From assembly GCA_964252035.1 (NCBI GenBank), contig OZ176211.1: DNA of 64,000 bases; one strand, written 5' to 3'. The stretch's first letter is position 1, and every line of letters starts with the position of its first letter. Made by a program: the position numbers and the translations under genes. Under the pieces are notes generated by a model. That model worked only from the letters and a program-made list of their open reading frames with translations, did not search any database and was not told where the DNA came from. Shown one piece after another: positions 1 to 9,729 of this stretch. This DNA comes from Podarcis erhardii. Taxonomy: Eukaryota.

Positions 1-335
1 GTGACACCAACAAATGCATGTGCTGCATAGATTGCTGTATTTGTGGCTCTCAGAATAAGCTGCCACACAGAAATCCAGAAAGGGTAACAGATGACTATTT
101 TTTTAAAAATAGCCATGGTTCCAAACAATCCATCAGTTGGCTGGATCAAGTGAACAGTGAAGTAGCCAAGTTTACAGGTGACTACAGAATGATGAAAACC
201 TAGAAATTTGCATGAACAATGGAGCTACTACAATAAGCAGAAGCAACCTGGTAACATTCCTAATTGTGAATGGCCCAATAGGAATGATGCTCTATCATGG
301 TATAGTGCCATTCGTAGGGATATTCTTTTCATTTA

Positions 336-632
336 TGTTATGTACTGAGTTGAATAGGATCCAAAATGCAGCAGTCTGATTGGTCCTAGAACAATAGGCT
401 CCAGAATGCCGCAGTGTGATTGGACCACAGGAGCCACCCAATCCATCTCCAAGTGGAAGTGAATCCGTGACCTGATTGGCCTACAGAAGTATCCCGGAAT
501 TAGCCAATCACGTGGGGCCCATTGTGTAAATAATGTATATAAAGCAGACATTCTGAGGAAAATTCATTCCTCCTCACCACTATGAGCTGAATAAAGAGCA
601 TGAAATCCACTCTCGACTCCGAGTATATTTCA
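336..632 (+). mobile_element. Solo LTR (297 bp), probably Gypsy/Ty3-type
   Basis: Begins TGTTATG and ends TTTCA. Exact 5-bp TSD ATTTA at 331-335 and 633-637. Contains three TGATTGG plus one AGCCAATCA CCAAT boxes, TATATAAA (~537) and AATAAA (~590) in U3-R-U5 order. Confidence 0.8.
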
Positions 633-904
633 ATTTATTTGTTTGTTTGTTTTTAAAAAAGGAAAGATGGTTGCCCCCATTGGACTGAAAGTTTCCAAAA
701 ATGCACTTTTGTGGGAAACAAATGGCCGCATGAAAGGAAGGCATTTTCAACCCAGCCCAAGATACAACCAATGGAAATGACTGAATTAATCCCTAAGTGG
801 TTGTATTTTAGAGGATACATTACAGGTTCCATTACAGATTGTTGTCTCCTGTACTATGCTACTGCTGCTACTATTCCTTCTATCAGTTCAGCTAAAAATA
901 GTGC

Positions 905-1087
905 ACTAGAAGCAAAGTCGAGGTCCATGCCCTGCATGCAGAACTCCCCAGGTTCAATATTTGGCCTTTCCTAGGTAGAAAGACCCCTGCCCAAGGTCCT
1001 GGATAGCCAAAACCAGTCAGAGCAGACATGCCAGTCAGACTAGATGGACAATTGGCCTTCCTTGGTTTCAAGCACTTTCCTATGTTC
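905..1087 (+). mobile_element. Degenerate tRNA-derived SINE with CR1-like tail (Squam2-like)
   Basis: B-box-like GGTTCAAT after TGCATGCAGAA; 3' end CTAGATGGAC...TTCCTATGTTC. Resembles the minus-strand copy at 33265-33460. Confidence 0.55.
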
Positions 1088-1922
1088 AGAACATTGGCAC
1101 AATGTATAATCATTGTTTGGGACCAATACTATTGCTGTGATTTCTTTGATATAACACCACACTGCATATCTTTCTGCTACAAGTGAATATCTTGGCTGGT
1201 TTTAATTTATTGTGTTTTTCTTTCAAAATAGCACCAAATAAATAAGCCCCTTGTCATGATTAATCACTTGCCAAACTTCATTCTGAAATGATTTCTTTCT
1301 GAGTTTATGGAAGTTCATGAAAAGGGTAAACTTCAAAGTTGCTGAAACACATTGTTTAAATGGCAAAATGCTTAATTTTTTTTTCATCTGCAGTTTTAAG
1401 TTTTATATTACATGATTTAGCTTAGGGCAGTATTTTAAGGATGAATTATAAAGTTTCCAGGAAGTAGCTTTATAATCAGAGTACAAACATTCTTCAATAG
1501 AGCACTGTAAATACAAAGACAAAACCAGAGATGGACCTGAACCAAAACAAAATCCCTAAACACAGAGCTGAAAAATAAAATAAAATAAGGTATTGTTCAT
1601 CGAAATGCAGTGTTGGAAGAGAACAGAAGACCAGCTCGTCCAACCAGCTGCCCAAAATGTAAGGCCTCCCACAGATAACCTACACAAGCGAGAACATGTT
1701 GTGCTATGATCAGGGAGCAAAAACAGCACAGAAATTCCACTTCACCGGAGCCAAATAAACAAAGCCGCATACTACAGGGATGGGTATGGAAGAGGTACAG
1801 TTGAGTAATGTGGTATACTAAAGCAACAGTGGGCAACCTTTGGCTCCCAAGACTAGTTAGGCTCACCAGGCCTCTGCATTTGGCCCACAAGGCCATTTTG
1901 TCCTGCCCTATAGTGTGGGGCA

Positions 1923-2266
1923 GGGACGCGGGTGGCACTGTGGGTTAAACCACAGAGCCTAGGACTTGCCGATCAGAAGGTTGATGGTTCAAATCCCCGC
2001 AATGGGGTGAGCTCCCATTGCTCGGTCCCTGCTCCTGCCAACCTAGCAGTGCGAAAGCACGTCAAAGTGCAAGTAGATAAATAGGTACCGCTGTGGCGGG
2101 AAGGTAAACAGCATTTCCGTGCGCTGCTCTGGTTCGCCAGAAGCGGCTTAGTCATGCTGCCCACATGACCTGGAAGCTGTATGCCAGCTCCCTCGCCCAA
2201 TAAAGCGAGATGAGCACCACAACCCTAGAGTCGGTCACGACCGGACTTAATGGTCAGGGGTCCCTT
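1923..2266 (+). mobile_element. Sauria SINE, near full length
   Basis: Head GGGACGCGGGTGGCACTGTGGGTTAAACC, B-box GGTTCAAATCC, body AGTAGATAAATAGGTAC, 3' end GGTCAGGGGTCCCTT. Possible TSD GGGGCA at 1917-1922 and 2268-2273. Reverse-complement match to the copy at 30892-31239. Confidence 0.92.
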
Positions 2267-5010
2267 GGGGGCAGATAAAGCAGGGTTTGCAAACACTGCC
2301 AATCTGCTATGGCTGAAAAGCACTGCACCTTTGCAAGCACCACTGTGGTCATCCACACTTGCAAAGGCACTAGGCCTTGCAAGCGCCAGCAATCAGCTGA
2401 TTGTTTGCTTTTGCAAAGTGCTGTGCCTTTGCCCAAGCTGATACGAAACCAAGCAGACAAAGGAAAATGGGTCACATGACATGCAATTGACAGGTGGGCA
2501 GCCCCACCCCACTGCTCAGCCTTGGCTGATGGGAGATCAGGGAGGTAAGGATCCAGACAGCTCATTGGATCCAATTCCCAACCTCTGTATTAAGGAGAAG
2601 TACGGTATCTGATTATTCTTTTAATCGGTTCCTTGAGCCTTGTCATTTAATAATCATTGGGTTGAGTCTACCAAGGTATGATAAATGAAGGAATAATGTG
2701 CATTTGGTTCATTTCTACATACTTAGGCTTAGATGTGGCATATTATAGAATCTCAGACAATGCTCAGAACGATAGAGGAAACTGGGTGTTCATCTACATG
2801 GGATTCCCAATTACAGAGGCACTACTAGCTTCGACTAGAAGTTGTGCATTTAGTAGCCCCATGCTAAGGAACACTTCCAGCAGAGATTCAGCAGGCATCC
2901 TCTTGCAACTGCTTTTTTTGTTAATTAGTTTATTTGTATTGTTTTTGATGATGTTTTACCATTGTTCATCACCCTGAGTTTTTATATGATGGTACAGAAA
3001 TACTGTTACAGATGAATATAATAGGTAGGTAGAATGAGCTAGACACATGTACTTATTGCGTAGGTATGTGCCAAGGTTAAATATGATCTGCCTACTCAAC
3101 TCTTCCTTCTGGCTCTCATGTTTTTATCTGCATAGTTTCCAGTTATGTGCCTCTCTCTATTTTGTTATAACAGATTGTACTTAAATGTCGCTGAGCTGGC
3201 TGCTGGTCTTGATGTAGGATAGAACTGTTCTCACAAAGCTGGAAGCAGTAGCACTGGACTCCTCTTGTCGTTTGCTGTTTTATATGTTGCATGGTGTTCC
3301 TCACAACTTCCTCCAATTAGGAATTGCTATTTCTCACGGGCTTCAGAAATCTTAACATGTTTTGCCCTACAGCCAGATGCTTAGTACTAACATCAGCCTG
3401 AACCAACGTAGGGTTGAGTTTTAGTTCAAAACATCTGGAAGGCACCAGCTTGGCAAGTGCTAATAGTGACTAGTGGGACATAGCAGGGTAGGGTGGGATT
3501 GTTTACCTGGCTTCCCAACATGGAGGTCACTGCTGGTAACCAAGAATGGGAGGTGGCAGGTGGCAGGTGGCATGAAGGTGGAATGATTTGGCCACAGAAA
3601 AGGGAGTATTAAGTTGGCTTTATTGCTGTGCCTGTACCACTAGCCACTACTGGTGAATGCTATGTGGAATATAGTATTTTACTCATAGTTTCTGCCTGCA
3701 CAGTTCTTTCGACACACTAAATTCGTCACACAAGAGCTGTGGTCACCCAAGGCTGCTTTTCTGTTTCAGGAATATTGCACCTCACAACACTCAAATCACA
3801 CTTTTGTACCTTGAACACATTACTGATGAAAAGTAGTTGCAACAAATGTCATAGACACCCAGTGGATTTTAAGAGCTTTTCCTTTCTTTAGCAGTTATGC
3901 TTAGTGACAACACGACTCTTCCACTCCATGGTACTTGTTTGTACAATTTTGTGAAACATTTTAAAAGATAAAAATAAACACTTTTGATGCTTTGTGCCAA
4001 TTTCCTTTCCAAAATTCAGAAGTGCTCATATACAGTTGTTTGTTTTAAAAAGTGGTAAAACAGGACATTAACCTTCACACAGCAGAAATATCTTCTCTTT
4101 ATGTGGACCTTTTGCTAAGATGTTTTTTTAAATACATACTGTCTATTCTACCTGCCATGACACTAATCCGTATTTTAAGAAGCAGTTGGGGTACATAGTA
4201 ACAATACCTAACTAATGCCGCCATCTGTTCTGAGTGGAAGTGGTACATTATTTATTGCACTTATAATACAGTAGAGACTAAAATGAAGTCAGCACATTAT
4301 TCTACTAATTGTGTATTTTGCCTAATTATACCTTTTTTATCATAATGTGACTAATATGAAAGCAAATAGCTTTCACTTTCTTTAGCTTTCTCTCCTTAAG
4401 TGCAAGACAATTGTTTGCATCCCACCAGCCTCCACTCAAAGCTGCTGCCTTCTCAATGGAATGCTCCCCATGTAGTCCCATAAACTACTAGATGCTGGAA
4501 ATATGTTCCAACAGCAATTGTGAAAGTTTCCTTCTGAGAAATATATATCACACATGTGTACTTCAATTAAGTAATTGCCATTTTTAACGCAAAGGGGAAA
4601 AAGCACCTCAGCACATACTCTATCAGTGTATTATTTATTAGTTTATATTGGTGGGGGCGAACCCACCATACATATAATGTTCCATACTCTCCAGTCTAGT
4701 CCTGCCAAACAGGTAAACCTCTTCTGTGTCAGTTTTGGACTGCAGGTGAAGTTTCCCACGACTTAAAGCAACTCATACCAAGGAGAAGAGTTCTAGCCTT
4801 TTCCCTGACATGTCAATTTTCTATATGATTTTTTTTCCTGATGAAGCATTCAGTTATAGGAGTGTCCACCTGTAGCCTGAAGTGGTAAAACTTTAAAATA
4901 GGTTTAGCTCATTGTCTGCCATTTGGGAGTACTGGGTGTCAGTCTGTCACCAAGCATCACATTGACCTGGTTCACACATCACTTTTAAACCATACTTAAG
5001 ATAAACTATA

Positions 5011-5236
5011 CAGTGGTACCTCAGATTACCTACGCTTCAGGTTACAGACACCGCTAACTCAGAAATATTACCTCGGGTTAAGAACTTTGCTTCAGGATGA
5101 GAACAGAAATTGTGCAGCAGCGGTGCAGCGGCAGCAGGAGGCCCCATTAGCTAAAGTGGTGCTTCAGGTTAAGAACAATTTCAGGGTAAGAACAGACCTC
5201 CAGAACGAATTAAGTTCTTAACCCGAGGTACCACTG
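5011..5236. mobile_element. Tigger/pogo-like MITE (TcMar)
   Basis: TIRs CAGTGGTACCTC...GAGGTACCACTG with TA on both sides (5009-5010, 5237-5238). Same family as 29103-29323 and 45539-45736. Confidence 0.85.
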
Positions 5237-7239
5237 TAGTTTAAATGTAAAAGGATGTGCTGAAACATGGTTGAAATGGAAAGTGTTTTGTTCATCCCCT
5301 GCTCCTGTCACATTGCCAGGAAACAGGCCATCAGCCGAGACAGCGTTGCATCTGAATTTAGGCTTGTGGTTTGTTTCTCTCCAAACTATGAATGGTAACC
5401 AAGGTTTGTTATTGGCTCAGTGTTTGTGGCTGGTTTGGAAACCTAAGGTTTAAACTTTAGAGTGAAGTGCAAATAGCTTTATCTTCATCAGTTTGCTCAT
5501 GTTTGAAATATTACCTTCCTTGAACCAAGCTGGCAGGTCTAGATTACTCAATGTCTGGGTAATGTCAGGCAGAAAGGCACACAGACAACAACAGTTAATA
5601 AACTGGGGGGGGGGGCAGAGAGTCATTACAGACAGAACCCTTTCCACATATCTTTAGGAATAAACTGCACCGGGTGCCATATTATCCTAAGCTTCAAGGG
5701 TGCCACATTTGAGTGAATTCAAAGGTAGGAGTTGAGTGAACACAAAGCATTACTGAATACCTATCAGCATCCCTTGTACGTATATTGAGTTTGGGCTACT
5801 TTGAGTTCCAGCTTCCTTCTAGAGCCTCACTGGTACATATCTGATGGCATCAAAAAGAGTGACATTAATGAGACTTCCAAAGATATCCAGCTTGTGTCCC
5901 ATGTTTCAAATAAGCAGACACAAGCAAGCATGGGGTATCAAAAATTCTCACACATTTTGTGGAGTAGTTGTAAAATCTTTCAGCTGCATTTATCACTTAG
6001 CCTGGATTACTGATATGGCATTATGGGATTCCCAATGACATATATAATGGAAGTGTAATATACTTTCATCACTGCTGGTGTCCAGCACTATCAGGGCTGT
6101 GGATAATGGGGCAGCTTCCTACAACAAGAATGGAGATATCAATGCAGCATTCACTGAATAGTCTGGTGGCAGTACAATTGTCAGCTGCTCTGGAACTCTA
6201 GGAATCTATTACCACCTTTGCCTACCTTGTATACTCTATCTTTGCATTCTTTGAATTAAAAAGTCTATTAGTCATCCACACGCCTGAACCCTTTCTCTCT
6301 CTCACTCTCTCTCTCAGTGGCTACTGACTGGTGTTTGCACAGCTGGAGCCATTGGCTAAAGAGAGAGTACCTCATCAAAACAAGGACAGGTGGCAGCGCC
6401 TCTAGACATAATGTACATTTAGAAAACATTACACCAGACACAAAATTAGAATGAGTTCTATGGAGTCGTTGATCAAAGCGATTGAAATGGTGGACATATC
6501 ATTAGTCAGAAGTGCCTTTATAGTTAAAGCTATTTTGTAGAATAAGCAAAGCATAAAAAGCACAAGAACTATATGGAAATACAAGAAGATAGTACTGCAA
6601 ACCAAGAAGAAAGCTATCGCCAAAAACCAGATGGGTTTTAGTTTAAAGTAGCTTTGTATATTGTGATTGAGTATTCATTTATTCTCACAGAGAGACTACA
6701 AGAACCAAACTAACTAAAAGTGGAAGAAAACCATGATATTCAGATGATAGGTATAACTTTTTAATACTGCACATTTATTCTCCAGATGTCTGCTCAGTAA
6801 GTGAAACCATACCTAAAATCAGCTTCTGGTGCTGTTTAGCACACATATTTTAAGAACCTACTTTAAATATGCAATATGCTGTCTTAACTTTGGATATGCT
6901 TTCTCAGTAATAAGATGCAGAGATTGCTAGCCTAGCAACTATGAAGAAAGCTTCATCTCATTGATTTGTATTATATAGAGTTCACTTAACAGCTGGATCT
7001 GAATCTTCAGAGCACTGTGTTAACCCATCGCCAACTTATTTGAACGTCACTTAAGAAAAATACAGAAGGAGTTTGATGTACTATCTATAAAATATGCATC
7101 ACAATCTATCCAGTAAATGCGTAAGTACTTCTATGATGGGCTCAGAGACTGGCTAAGCTGAGGAAATATGACAAAACTGGGACTGAGCCCACCATCTTGT
7201 CTGACTTTAGGATGGCAGACTTTTAACAACTTTGAACTT

Positions 7240-7408
7240 TGGGGATGCTCCTGGATCCATCTTTGTCCCTGGTAGCTCAGGCAGCTTTAGTGCCTTTGAT
7301 CAGCTATGGCTGAAACACTGACTATGATTGTTCCTGTACAGGGATAGTCTGGCCACAGTGATTCATGCATTGGTAACCTCAAAACCTGATCATTGCAATG
7401 TGCTCTGT
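7240..7408 (+). mobile_element. L2 LINE ORF2 fragment (5' part of an interrupted copy)
   Basis: Translates to FLYRDSLATVIHALVTSKPDHCNVL, matching the L2/CR1-clade post-RT motif L.T.VHAL.TSRLDYCN.L. Confidence 0.7.
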
Positions 7409-8008
7409 GGGCTTATCCACACTTCTCTTTCCTCCACTCTTTCCAGGTATGGTCCGCACATTAAAGCTCTGTGTCTGAGCGTCCTCTTTTTTTCTCCCTA
7501 CAGAGGTTTCCCTGCAAAATTCTGGTTTTAAAAGCTCAGTTGAGCAAATAGCAATCAGCAGCACCCCGGAACTGATGTTTGCTCTGAGTGGGTTTCTGCG
7601 GGGAAGGTTATGGCACAGACATTTTTAAAACCCACTTGGACACAGAGCTTTTAAACATGGACTCGTACCTGGAAAGACCAGGACCACTGGCAGAGGAACG
7701 GGGGTGTGGAGGGAGCGGACCACCCCCGGCACCACTATTCTGGTAGAGTGCCATCGCAGTGGCCACCCTGGGCATGCGCCGCACACACCCACACACACAC
7801 ACCCAGATGCCGGGCGCCACGCCCCCACAGGTGGCATGTCACACCCCCTGAATGCGCACTAGGCCCCTGCGAGCGGTGCACCACGCCCTCACGGGTGATG
7901 TACCACACCCCTGGGGTGTGCGCCACACCCCCGCCTACTCTCTGCCCCTAGTAGCGGAGTATGCAGCTTCATCACTGACCACGACAAAAGGTAAATGTAG
8001 ATAAGCCC
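7409..8008. mobile_element. Non-autonomous DNA element, PIF/Harbinger-like, inserted into L2
   Basis: 13-bp TIRs GGGCTTATCCACA (7409-7421) and TGTAGATAAGCCC (7996-8008), 1 mismatch. The L2 reading frame stops at the left TIR and resumes after the right one. No clean TSD. Confidence 0.55.
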
Positions 8009-8420
8009 AATGTCTGGCTACCCTTGGGCCTAGTTTGGAGGCTCCAGCTAGTGTAAAACATTGCAGCTAGATTGCTGATGGGAACAGACCACTGCCAACA
8101 CACTAAAGTGCTCAAATGCTTACAGTGGCTGCCCATTCACTAACTGACCATGTTAAAGTTCCTTTTATTAATTTACACAGCCCTTAACAATTCAGGTCCA
8201 GGATACCCTCAGGAAGCATTCCTGCCCTATCACTGATGTCCCGGGGTCTTTGGGAGCCCCCACCAGGTCTTTGGGAGCCATGCATTCAGTATTGTGGGCC
8301 AAATCTTAGGGGCCTCTCTTCCAGTTGAGGTCAGACAGGCCCCCCTCACTGTTTAACTTCCAGCACCTACTGAAGACCTTTTTATTTCAGCAGGCTTTTT
8401 AATTCCACTTTTATTTTACA
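8009..8420 (+). mobile_element. L2 LINE 3' part
   Basis: Resumes as GLPLGLVWRLQLV*NIAARLL, then LQWLP and YTALNNSGPGY motifs; ends ...AAGACCTTTTTATTTCAGCAGGCTTTTTAA. Confidence 0.75.
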
Positions 8421-8471
8421 GTTTAAATGCATTTTTATTTCTATTGTATTAAGTCTCCTGTAAACTGCTTC

Positions 8472-8555
8472 GGCCAGTAAAGCGAGATGAGCGCCGCAAC
8501 TCCAGAGTCATTCGCAACTGGACTTAACTGTCAGGGGTCCTTTACCCTTTACCTT
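8472..8555 (+). mobile_element. 5'-truncated Sauria SINE
   Basis: Last ~85 nt of the SINE with ACCTTT tail; exact 11-bp TSD TAAACTGCTTC at 8461-8471 and 8556-8566. Confidence 0.9.
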
Positions 8556-9729
8556 TAAACTGCTTCAAGGTGACTGCATGATTAAGCAGTATACAAATTG
8601 TAGAAATAAATATACAATAAAACATGGGTGATCCCTAATAATACCATTTGAAGAGACTGGCAAGATAATGGCATCAAACTATGACAGCACAGGATGTAAT
8701 GGAACAAATGTAAATGTGGAGAATATTTGATCTTGCACCTAGAATTCAGGTGCTCCAATCACCATGCAAATATTTGCTTATCACCTAAATGTGCAATGTA
8801 GTGAGGCGTGGTGCTGGCCTCCAAAGTCAGGAAAGATTTTATCAAAAAAGGCAAAGGAATAGATCTAAGTGTAGAGTGTTACTGATTTTTGGTGGTCTTA
8901 AGACTATAGAGAGGGAGGGAGAAAGAAGCAGCTTACACCACATATGATTCCTAAGCACAAATGCAAAATGTTTGTAGTTACACTGCCTTGTGCCTGCCAA
9001 CTGTTACAACTGTTTGAAAATTATTTCAAACACAGTAACAGTCTCTTGTGTGTGGACAGTAATTTATGCTCTGGCAGGTCTTGGAAACTGAGCAGGGTTT
9101 CAGATCTAAGTCATTTTCTCACCATTTTTTATAGAAACACCTAGCAGAAAAAGGCCTCTCCTGGTGTGCTTTTTGGTGACCTATGTTAATACAGTTCCCC
9201 CTCACTCCATATATATCTACAATCTTATTCCAAACTTCACTGAGAAACTGTCGCCTTGTTCCATATTCATTGTCACACGCTGTTGGAGATGGAGAGCTCT
9301 CCCCCCTCCTTTTTTTTCCTCCAGAGAGCTGAAGGTGCTATGATAGAAGCATCCTTGCCTGTGAAATCTCACAGTAGATTTTGCCGGTTGTTATTTTTTT
9401 AAAATCTTCTGCCATTCTTGCTTTGAAAAGTGCTCACAATGATTTACGGTACTAAATCACACAAATACTCTTAACTGTAGACACCTAAAAAGAACTCTGC
9501 CTTTCTTGAAACTATCCACAATGGCTCAGGGCAATAAAATGTACACATATCCAAGTGCCCCTATAGGACAGAAGTAGCAGTTATCTGCAAAAGATGCTGG
9601 TTGTGTCTTTTTACGAGAAGTAAACGCATTCAAATAATTTATATTGTTTCATGTGGTTCGATGAGTTTTCCTCTGAAGGCCTTCCCCGTGCAGAAATTTG
9701 GGTCTTGCTGTGTCCTGAGAGAAAACCCC

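Noticed and set aside
4215-6405. Partial CTCF-like motifs at ~4217 (minus), ~6384 and, outside this span, ~48762
   Set aside because: Only the 3' half (AGRTGGC) matches; the 5' CCAS core is missing.
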